From: a cyanobacterium endosymbiont of Rhopalodia gibba
GTDB lineage: Bacteria; Cyanobacteriota; Cyanobacteriia; Cyanobacteriales; Microcystaceae
NCBI GenBank assembly: GCA_045159875.1
Contig: CP067995.1
Coordinates: 832,001 to 896,000, forward strand
Reading direction: 5' to 3'
DNA: 64,000 nucleotides
Shown: positions 24,982-34,505 of the stretch, piece after piece
Layout of the letters: every line of letters starts with the position of its first letter
Position numbering within the stretch: the stretch's first letter is position 1
Translations under genes and position numbers: made by a program
Notes under the pieces: generated by a model
The model's input: the letters and a program-made list of their open reading frames with translations, nothing else
Told to the model about the DNA's origin: nothing
The model's database searches: none

Positions 24982-25632
24982 ATGACTTTCCAACTACGCG
25001 TTTATGTTCCTGATCATCCTTTGATTAAACATTGGTTAGGGGTCGCTCGTGATGCTAATACTCCGAATATTCTTTTTAAAACAGCAATGACAGAGCTAGG
25101 ACGTTGGTTGACCTACGAAGCAACTCGCCATTGGCTGCCCACCTTGGAAACTGGCATAAAAACTCCCATTACTGACGCTCAAGCCACCTTTATTAATCCT
25201 CAAGTCCCCATCGCCGTTGTTCCCCTTTTACGGGCAGGATTAGCCTTATTAGATGGAGCGCAAACCCTTCTGCCTTTAGCCTCAACCTATCATCTAGGGT
25301 TAGTGCACAATGAAGAAATTCTAGACGTTAGTTGTTATCTCAATAAATTACCCCAACAATTTCACCCAGAAACCAGAATCGTCGTCTTAGAACCCATGTT
25401 AGCTACTGGGCGATTAATCACCGCTGCGATGGATAAAATCACTGAACGGGGAGCAAATCCAAAATTGATGCGGATTATCTCCGTAGTAGCAGCTCCGCCT
25501 GCATTGCAAAAACTAAGTCAAAAATACCCCACTTTAAATATTTATACCGCCTTTATTGACAAAGAAATAGATGACAAGGGATACATTGTACCTGGGTTAG
25601 GAGATGCGGGTGATCGTGCTTTTGGAACCTAG
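24982..25632 (+). CDS. upp: Uracil phosphoribosyltransferase
   Basis: LRAGL, PMLATG, GYIVPGLGDAGDRAFGT. Confidence 0.92.
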   Translation: MTFQLRVYVPDHPLIKHWLGVARDANTPNILFKTAMTELGRWLTYEATRHWLPTLETGIKTPITDAQATFINPQVPIAVVPLLRAGLALLDGAQTLLPLASTYHLGLVHNEEILDVSCYLNKLPQQFHPETRIVVLEPMLATGRLITAAMDKITERGANPKLMRIISVVAAPPALQKLSQKYPTLNIYTAFIDKEIDDKGYIVPGLGDAGDRAFGT

Positions 25633-25695
25633 AATAATTCAAAATTTATTTGACCCAGTTTTTTCGGAGATTGAACATCATCAAGGTTAGAAATT

Positions 25696-26001
25696 ATGAG
25701 TCAACGAGGTGGATTTACCGGTGGATTTGTGGCAGGAACAATTTTTGGTGGTATGGTCGGTGGCATCATTGGAGTACTAGTAGGCTCACGTCTTGAAAAG
25801 AATCTTAAGGAAGACAACTCTTCCTTACTCAAATCAGCAAAAGATGAAAAACTGGACACCGAGGCTAATATTGAAATGGCACGTCGTCGCCTAGAAAATA
25901 AAATAGCTCAACTTAATTTAGCTATTGATGATGTCCGAGAGCAATTTGGACAAGTTGAACAACAAACCCTTGAATCAGAAACATTGACTGAAAAAGGCTA
26001 A
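25696..26001 (+). CDS. Small hypothetical membrane-anchored protein (Gly-rich TM plus coiled coil)
   Basis: GGFTGGFVAGTIFGG TM segment; ARRRLENKIAQLNLAIDDVR; follows upp. Confidence 0.75.
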   Translation: MSQRGGFTGGFVAGTIFGGMVGGIIGVLVGSRLEKNLKEDNSSLLKSAKDEKLDTEANIEMARRRLENKIAQLNLAIDDVREQFGQVEQQTLESETLTEKG

Positions 26002-26081
26002 TGATTGACTAAATTAAGCTTTTTTTGAGGATTCAAGATTGACGATTCGCATCTTCTCTAAAATTACCCTTGCTGAAGCTT

Positions 26082-26901
26082 ACGGAAATTACCTGGAAGT
26101 TGGCTGTATCTTACGAAGATGTCTTAACATTATAAGTTTGAGTAAATTGCTAGAATCACCATTAACCGTCCCTAAAAGCGTAATGATTTTCATTCTAAAA
26201 CAGTCTTCGAACTCTATGATGCTTTTTGGAATACTCGTGAAGAGCATAAAATTAAGGCGATATTGTTAACAGGGGCATGGCCTTATACTAATGGGAAATA
26301 TGCATTTTGTTTAGTGGGTGATCAAAGTATTAGTGAAAAGGTGGAATATATGGATGATATTGGGATTCCCCGTTTAAATATTCTTTACTTACAAAGTTTG
26401 ATTCGTTCTATGCTTAAAGTAGTTATAGCTTTGGTGGCTCGTTATGTCATTAGTGGGGGTCAAGTTTCACATTTAATTTGTGCTCTAAACTAGAGTGGCT
26501 GATAATACTTTCTTGGTCGAACTGCCCCTAAGATTAGGAGTGTTGACGAAGGGGTTGGAACAAGTTATTTAGCCCGCATTGTAGGGTAGCAAAAAGCTAG
26601 TGAGTTTAGCATTATGCAGTCAATATACTGCCTAACAAGCTTCATAAATGAGGTTATTTAGTTCTGTAGTAAAAGTTGATCAACTCAAAGAAGAAGATAT
26701 TATTTGGGCTACTGAAATTTCATGTAAAGTCTATGGCTATTTTTTACATAAAAGCTGCTTTTAGTCCTGATTGCGAGGATCAAGTAAAATTATAGTAATT
26801 GGCAGTGAATGCTATTATATGACAGAAGAGGGAGCAGAAGAAAACCAAACTTTTTTAACAAACTTACCTTCAATTTTTCTCAATATCCTTGGTCTCTTTA
26901 A
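26082..26901 (+). pseudogene. menB: 1,4-dihydroxy-2-naphthoyl-CoA synthase, degraded
   Basis: VFELYDAFWNTRE..LLTGAWPYTNGKYAFCLVGDQS..PRLNILYLQSLIRSMLKVVIALVA..SYLARIVG..FSQYPW follows cyanobacterial MenB end to end; start ACG, frameshifts and stops. Confidence 0.92.
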
Positions 26902-27301
26902 CTTGATATCAGTGTATTTAAAAAACAATTTTAAAAAACTAAACTAGTTTAGTTGATGGGTTTTAATAATGCTCAAGATATCATGTAAGTAATATCAACT
27001 TTAAGTGGACAGGAATATTTGATTGAGGATATAAACTTGCTGATTATTGAATCAGAGATAATTTAAAAGAATATATTTTAATTAGTACTCAACATCAACA
27101 ATTTTAATTTTTTCAGATCAATGAAGAAGAGTTATGAGTTTTGGAACTTCATACACCAGCTTGAAAAGAAATCAGTTAAATAGCATTAATTTTGAGTCAG
27201 GTTTTGATTCTCTGTATAAATACATTATGTCTAATTTTTAAGAAAAAAATGTGTATAAGTTGACCAAAAATTCGTATAATAAACAGCATGTTATCTATAA
27301 A

Positions 27302-27347
27302 TAGAAATGAGAGAATGTTAAAATATTTTAACATCCTCTCATTTCTA
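27302..27347. repeat. 46-bp spacerless palindrome (1 mismatch)
   Basis: tagaaatgagagaatgttaaaat|attttaacatcctctcatttcta. Confidence 0.9.
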
Positions 27348-27401
27348 GTTTTTACTAAATTTTAATCTGATTTAAATTTAATAAACTTAACTTTACTCCC
27401 T

Positions 27402-28541
27402 ATGAAATGTTTTTTGACTAAATTACCTCCTAAAGTGATTAATTTACTAATTACTGTTATTGTTCTAACCGCAGTTATTTTTTATTTATATTTTATTAGA
27501 TTTCAAGGAAATATCACAGGATTTTTTCGTATTGGTTCAATCTTAGAACTTTCTCCTTTTCTTGATCCTGAAACTACTAAAATTTATCAAGGAGAAATAG
27601 GCTATGATGGGCAGCAATTTCTCAGTTTAGCCCTCGATCCTTTTTTGCAAAATTCTGAAACTATCAACACTCTTGATCATCCAATTTATCGCTACCGTCG
27701 AATTTTATATCCTTTAATTAGCTATCTCTTCAGTTTTGGTAATCGGACTTTAATTCCTCATGTAATGGTTGCCATCAATTGCCTATCAATTATAGGTATT
27801 GTGTGGATCACTAGCTTATATTTTCAATTGAATAAAGAGCAAAAATGGCAGCCATTATTAACGTTATGTATTCCTGGTGTTTGGATAGTTCTTTCTTTAG
27901 GGACTGCAGACTTACTCAGTAGTTTATTATTAATACTTTCATTCTATTGTTATCGATATAACAAACCAATTTGGACAGCTTTTACTATTTCTTTAGCTTG
28001 TTTAACTAGAGAAACTTTACTATTAATCTGGCTAGCTATTTTGTTTACTAGTATCATTCAAAAGAAAAAAGAACAAAGCAAACAATTATTATGGGCTTGG
28101 ATACCTCCCTTTTTATGGACAATTTATATTAGTTCTTTAAACTTACCAGGTACTGTTAGAGTAAAAGCCAACTTTGGTTATCCTTTTATGGGTATTTATC
28201 ACAAATTTAGTTCTCTATTAATGGGAGGATTTAAAGGAGTAAATTTATTTGAAGCTTATTTATTTATTCTGATTTTTATTATTTTTATAACTATATTCAT
28301 AATTAGTACATCTCATCGAAAAGATAATCAATTAATTCAATTAAGTACCCTTCTGTATGGCGCTATGTTTGTGATGAGTAGCATGACAATACTGAACTAT
28401 TATTTAGATTATTTACGGGTTTTTATAGATGTTTACTTTTTCTTATTATTGAGTATAAATACCAATAAAATTCCTATTAAATCAATTTTATTTTTGGCTG
28501 TAGGATTGGGAAGTTTTGCCTTTTTAACTTTACATTCTTAA
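27402..28541 (+). CDS. Multi-TM GT-C-like cell-surface glycopolymer protein (AZOBR_p60025-like)
   Basis: GYDGQQFLSLALDP, YRYRRILYP and LACLTRET motifs; about 10 TM helices. Confidence 0.65.
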   Translation: MKCFLTKLPPKVINLLITVIVLTAVIFYLYFIRFQGNITGFFRIGSILELSPFLDPETTKIYQGEIGYDGQQFLSLALDPFLQNSETINTLDHPIYRYRRILYPLISYLFSFGNRTLIPHVMVAINCLSIIGIVWITSLYFQLNKEQKWQPLLTLCIPGVWIVLSLGTADLLSSLLLILSFYCYRYNKPIWTAFTISLACLTRETLLLIWLAILFTSIIQKKKEQSKQLLWAWIPPFLWTIYISSLNLPGTVRVKANFGYPFMGIYHKFSSLLMGGFKGVNLFEAYLFILIFIIFITIFIISTSHRKDNQLIQLSTLLYGAMFVMSSMTILNYYLDYLRVFIDVYFFLLLSINTNKIPIKSILFLAVGLGSFAFLTLHS

Positions 28542-30249
28542 CTCTAAATTTATTTACGATAATGTACTATAGCTTTTTTGTTTAATTTCTGATAGTAGCT
28601 GTTAAATATTCAGGAGTGATTCTGGAAAATTAAAAGATTTTAAAATAAAATCATAAGTGTTAAAAATTAATATTGATAATTAATAGATTTTTGTTGTTAT
28701 TTTATATTAAGTTAACTTAAAATTATATGATTTTTTTCTTGTAAATAAACTAAATGTAGTGATTTTTTAGTTCAGTTTTTTGAATTTTAATTATATATAC
28801 TTTATAAATTTAACTTTTTAAAGATTATTGATATTCATTGATTTAACAAAATTTAAACAAAAAAATATTCGTTATTCTTATTTACCTATTATGAGAATAA
28901 TTTTGATATTATCCTCATAATTATTTTTTCTAAAAAAAAAGTTTTTATTACGAATATTTTTCTTATAAATAAAATTTATTCATACTAAATTAGTAGTATC
29001 CAATAAAATAGTATTTTACTAAATAAATTTAAAACTTAAAAATCAACAAAATTAATTAAATACAAAATATTTTTTTAATTATTTAATTAAATATTAACTT
29101 ATTTAATTGGAGAAACATATCTGCCACTACTGCAGTTAAAAATATTAATTTACCAAAAATATTTTTTGTATTCTTTTTAATTTTGATTTAAAAATCTATT
29201 TCTCAAGATTATAGTATTTTAATTTTCTTTTGAAAATACTTAGTTTCTATATTTTTAAACTTATTTTTTTCTATTAATTAACTTTTATGAAATATTTTTT
29301 TTATTTTCTAGACACGGTAATTTTATTAAAAATTAACTGCATTAAATTCAATATTTTATGTTTTTTATCTGTATTTTTAGGACTAACTTTTTGAGTATTG
29401 TCTCTATTCCTTATTTACTCACTTCATTGTTTTTAACAACATTCTTACTTTTGCCAGTAAAAAACCTCTTTAATAATTTTTGTATAAAATATTTTAATAT
29501 ATGTTCTCTCTGAGAAATAATTAACTCTAATGTGAATTTATTTCCAGATTGACTACATTTCATTTAAAGACGATCTATCTTGAGATAGACAGCTCTTTCT
29601 GTCCAAGGTAAATCTTTGTTAATTTATTATTTTTTGATAAAATTTCCTATTGGTTAATTCAGAATAAATACAAGTTGCCATTTTGTCAGCCAATAACACT
29701 ATTTCTATTTTATTTTAGATCTAATAATAGATAACGGTGGATTCTACAAAATTTCAAATCTCATTTATAAATCTAGGTTTATCATTTAACACTATCTATA
29801 AGTAGAAATAAGATCTAAATGTTATATATAGTAAAATATAACCTATACAAATGATATATCAGAATATTATCGTTGTCATAATTACAACTTTTATATATTT
29901 ATCATTAATAATCAAACTTTGCTTTTATATATACAAAATATATAAAAAGTATTATTGTATTAATAATTGCTATCAATCAACAGTCATTACCTAATCTACC
30001 TATTATAAATATTTAATATTTTATTTATATAGCGGTACAAATATAGATTATCACTTTACTGTAAGGTAAACAGTGCATCAGGCTACAAAGTTCCGCAAGA
30101 ATATCAATTTTTAAGCATAATTGATAGTTCTATAAATAAGCTTTAAGAATAGTTTTTTGGAATAAATTTTGAATAAAAATAAAGAATAGGTTAACTTTCA
30201 AAAAATTCTATCATTAAGTAACTAACCTCTAATTCTTCTGTTGATATTT

Positions 30250-30720
30250 TTTAGAGTAACCCCTGTGCTTGATATTTTATTTAATTGCTTTAGCTAAATT
30301 AGATTAATTTTTAAATATTTTTGTGGCAATTTTATTGACTTTTATTTGATGCAATTCTCCTTTTATTCTATTCATTTATGAACCATAAATCAGTAGACAA
30401 CCATGAATATAATCTTTTAAATTCTTATTTGTTCGGTTTAGTTTTAAATAAATTATTTGTATACACTAAGTCATTATCAAGAAAATTTAGATATTAATAA
30501 ATCATTTCATTATTTTTTGAAGACTATTAAAGATAGTCAATATTATTCCTTGGTTCAAGTTCTTTTTATTCCACCTCTTGGATAATTGAAAAACCTTTCT
30601 ATTCCTTAAATAATTTGCATAGTAATTAGCTTTCTATGGTTTCATATCGGTTGAATTTTATTTGACTTTTTATACTTTTGTATTTAAACATAAAATCTCT
30701 ATGTTTGTTCGAGTTGTGAA
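30250..30720 (-). mobile_element. Internally deleted IS630-family remnant
   Basis: Reverse strand TRTNIEILCLNTKV*KV..., LDNDLVYTNNL and MNRIKGELHQIK (second-Asp and Glu regions); 21-bp exact match to 34352-34372. Confidence 0.65.
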
Positions 30721-31008
30721 GATATTTTTTGGGGAGGGAGTCAATTTTGATAGTTATTACTGTTTTAATTCTGTCGGCTAATTTTTTTAAAAAGCTGACA
30801 TCTAGCGGGCTTTTTTTTGAGTACTTTTATATTTTACATTTCTTGAAATTCACTTTTTTAAAGAGGAGTTATAAAGAGAATCTAATTCTTCATGACTTGC
30901 GTAAGAGCTAATCGGTAAAACTGGGATAGACTATTGAGAAAGCGATATAGACTGCGCTCCCTGTCGGCGCGTTTTCAGCGTTTTCCTCTAGCTTAAATTT
31001 CAGCAACA

Positions 31009-31953
31009 ATGTATACTCAATCAAGTGTGTGGGTAACTTCATCAACCGCTAATATCTTAACACCAACTGTAATCGCTCTTGGCAATTTTGATGGTCTCCA
31101 CTTAGGACACAGAAATGTTTTACAACCCATTTGTCTTTCCTCAATTAAAACAGTCTCATCTTACTCTACTGTTGTTACCTTTACCCCACACCCTCAAGAG
31201 TTTTTCACTGGACAAACTCGACAACTTCTTACTCCTCTATCTGAGAAAATAAACCGGCTAAAATATCTAGAAATACAACAATTAGTTAGATTACCTTTTA
31301 ACCGAGAATTAGCTGCCTTAAGTCCCCAAGAATTTGTAGCACAGATGTTGGTCAAACATCTTCAAGTTCGACAGATAAGTGTCGGAGAAGATTTTCGCTT
31401 TGGACATAAACGGATGGGAACAGCTAAAGATTTAAGTGAAATTGCCGCTTCTTTTGGAATACTAGTTCACATTACTCCCTTAAAAACTTATTCAGGTCTA
31501 AAAAAGCGCATAAGTAGTTCTTTAATTCGTCGATGTCTTGTAGAAGGAGACGTAACACAAGCAAAACAGATGTTGGGCTATTCCTATTCTCTGATAGGAA
31601 CAGTGGTTAAAGGACAGCAATTAGGAAGAACTATTGGCTTTCCAACAGCTAATCTTAAACTTCCTCCAGATAAGTTGTTGCCTCGACAGGGGGTATATGC
31701 AGTTCGAGTGAAAATAAACCGAAAAGAAACGCTAAAAGGCTTGATGAATTTTGGTTGTCGTCCCACTGTTGCAGGAGAAATTCCTATAGTAGAAGTTCAT
31801 ATCTTAGATTGGTCAGGGGACTTATACCAACAATCTTTAACAGTTGAATTGGAAAAATTTTTACGTCCTGAACAACAATTTTTTTCCCTTGATAGACTTA
31901 AAGACCAAATAGTCCAAGACTGTTGTTTGGCCAGAAAAATTCTCTATCAATGA
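31009..31953 (+). CDS. ribF: Bifunctional riboflavin kinase/FAD synthetase
   Basis: ALGNFDGLHLGH, VGEDFRFG, ISSSLIR, GRTIGFPTAN, EVHILD. Confidence 0.95.
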   Translation: MYTQSSVWVTSSTANILTPTVIALGNFDGLHLGHRNVLQPICLSSIKTVSSYSTVVTFTPHPQEFFTGQTRQLLTPLSEKINRLKYLEIQQLVRLPFNRELAALSPQEFVAQMLVKHLQVRQISVGEDFRFGHKRMGTAKDLSEIAASFGILVHITPLKTYSGLKKRISSSLIRRCLVEGDVTQAKQMLGYSYSLIGTVVKGQQLGRTIGFPTANLKLPPDKLLPRQGVYAVRVKINRKETLKGLMNFGCRPTVAGEIPIVEVHILDWSGDLYQQSLTVELEKFLRPEQQFFSLDRLKDQIVQDCCLARKILYQ

Positions 31954-32179
31954 ATATAAAATTTTCCTATAATTTTAGAAAACCAACCAAGAACCCTTCA
32001 AGAAAATTTCTATAAGGTACACAATATGTTAATGAATAACCGCAGTCTCACCTTTGGGGGGAAAGATAAACCCGTGTGCTTAGTCATTGTCAAGTTCTTA
32101 TGTAAGGAACACGCTATTCTCAAAAATATTCCTAGAATAGCTAAAACTCTCTTGACTAAAATCTTTAGTTCGTTTGATT

Positions 32180-32320
32180 AAGTAAGTAGGTGAATTTAAA
32201 AAGATGTCAAATATATTTGAAAATGAATATGATCTAGCTAAAGCAGTTAAACCAAACCTTTATCAAAAACTAACAAAAAAATATTAATTAAAACAACATA
32301 TATTTAACTTCAATTATTCA
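32180..32320 (+). mobile_element. Short IS630-derived (MITE-like) relic
   Basis: End-like taagtaggtg (also near 33916) joined directly to the transposase C-terminal peptide IFENEYDLAKAVK. Confidence 0.5.
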
Positions 32321-32475
32321 GGCATAGACATATCAAATAGTTTTTGTCTATTTATTTAGAGTCAAATATCCATCATCCCAGCGTCTAATTATTGAAATTA
32401 GTCTTAAAAACAAAACAATTGTAAAGAGATTGCTAAGATAAGTTATGGTTAATCCGTTGTGGCTTAGAGTAACTA

Positions 32476-33033
32476 ATGTTTAAGACTTTCTGGTCATCTA
32501 TCTTTTCTCGATTTAATCTGCTTTATCTCATCATTATACTGGCAATCTCATTTTGGTCTATTAGTATCGGTTGGGGAATTACTTACATTTTACATACATT
32601 TACCGAAAATACACCTATGGCGATTGCTGCATCGCCTAATGATGGCGTTTCTGCACGATATCAACTAGGAGAAGAGTTTTATCTTAAAACCTGTTCAGGG
32701 TGTCATATTGCTTTACCTCCAGAGGTTTTACCTAGTGAAACCTGGAAGGAATTATTAGAAAATTCTAACAAACATTATGGGACTTCAGTTCCCAATTTGA
32801 TTCGTCTAGGGCAACTATTGATGTGGGATTATCTGCAAAAGTCTTCCCGAACTCTACCAGCTAAGGACGAACCAATTCCTTTTTATGTGGAACGATCACG
32901 TTATTTTAGGATCCTTCATCCTCGGGTTAAGTTTAAGGAAACTGTTACCCATAGAAGTTGTATTATTTGTCATCCAGGAGTAGAAAATTTTGATTTTCGG
33001 ACGTTAACCCCGGAATGGGAAAACTCACCTTAG
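32476..33033 (+). CDS. Membrane-anchored diheme cytochrome c
   Basis: N-terminal TM; two CxxCH motifs (CSGCH, CIICH); PPEVLPSETW. Confidence 0.85.
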   Translation: MFKTFWSSIFSRFNLLYLIIILAISFWSISIGWGITYILHTFTENTPMAIAASPNDGVSARYQLGEEFYLKTCSGCHIALPPEVLPSETWKELLENSNKHYGTSVPNLIRLGQLLMWDYLQKSSRTLPAKDEPIPFYVERSRYFRILHPRVKFKETVTHRSCIICHPGVENFDFRTLTPEWENSP

Positions 33034-33610
33034 ACAGCAATATCTTTCAGTTCTATCAATGCCCTAAGCATAACACCTAATACCTAATACAATATTTTCC
33101 ATAACATTATTATCAATAAGTATTTTACTATAAACAAAAAGTAAATATTTAATAAAACGTTTGCCAAATAATAACAGGTTAAAATATCGTGAGTCCAACA
33201 ATATTTTAACCTGTTATTATTCTTGATATTTAAACTATATAAAACAAAGTTGACAATTATCCAAAATGGTAGTTGCCAGCAGTTGAAATAACAATAATAA
33301 AGACGATGCTGCCCAGATTGTTGATATAAATTATCTACAGGACAAAATACTTCGGTAGAATTGATACAAAATTTGGTATCTATGACACTAGACTTCAATT
33401 AATGCTATTTACAGTCCAAAACTAAAGTTTATTTAAACATTCTACCCAGCTTAAAAATTTCTCTCATATTAAGGCTTATTATTGATAATAATTAATAGAA
33501 TAAGAGTATTTGTAAGAATAGGTTAAACATTCTAAATACTATAAATATTCATCAACATTAGCAGCTGCACTATTGTCTCTCTTTCATTATTTGGTAAATT
33601 TATTCAATAG

Positions 33611-33648
33611 TTAGTATGTCTAGAATTAGAAATTTCTAGACATACTAA
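33611..33648. repeat. 15-bp perfect inverted repeat
   Basis: ttagtatgtctagaa-8nt-ttctagacatactaa. Confidence 0.85.
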
Positions 33649-33914
33649 TTTGTGGCTATTTAAAAATTTATTAGTGAATACCTTACCTATGTAATTATAA
33701 TAGTTTTACCCTGAAAGTATTTCTTGAACTAAGAAATTTTTATTCCGTCAATTGTTATCTCTAAATAAAAATTAGAACTCGATAAATGGTTTACTTACCT
33801 ATAATTTTTAGTTATATTAATCCACGCTTATTTTCTTGACAGTATGGAGATTATCTCAGATAGTCAACTAAACAAACCTAAAACATTTATTGACAATTTA
33901 TAGTATATCTTTAA

Positions 33915-34450
33915 ATAAGTAGGTGAGATGGAATTAAAAGAGTAAGGACTATCAAAGTTGACTTAAGCCCAGAAATTCTCTCCAAAACACCAACGAGAAC
34001 AGAAATATTATGCTTGAATGCAAGGAAACAGAAATTTGAAGAGAATCTAGATTAGGTAAAACTATAAAAAAATACAATTTAAAAATAATTTCTAGATAGA
34101 TTTTTCAGCAAAGAGAATAATTATGTGATTTTCCGAGAAGTAGAAAATAAAGAATCAAGTGATTTCATAGGGGTTAAAAAAAGAAACACGACTAAATATT
34201 GAGATAAATATTCAAACTGAATACAGGTTTTAATTATGCCTTATCAAGGGGGAGTTTAAAAAAATCAAGCTTGGCATTTTTTTATATAAAAAAGCAGATG
34301 ATATTGAAATATACTGTAAGAATAAAGGAATACATACAAGACTTATTCTTAATAATGACTTAGTGTATACAAGTAGTTTAGTTAAAGTAAAATTCAAATA
34401 ACAAGAATAAAAAGGATTATATATATTTTTTTATCAATTCATATTCATTA
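33915..34450 (+). mobile_element. Internally deleted IS630-family remnant
   Basis: taagtaggtg end; TRTEILCLNARK; RLILNNDLVYTSSLVK..KGLYIFF. Confidence 0.65.
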
Positions 34451-34505
34451 TTAAACATAATAGAAGGAGAAGGGCATTCTCATTTTAGTTGCTCCCACAT
34501 TTTTA

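Noticed and set aside
33084..33398. 104-aa minus-strand ORF (also ORFs at 19765, 22443 and 30729)
   Set aside because: Atypical starts or low-complexity AT-driven composition; 22443 overlaps an IS relic; likely spurious
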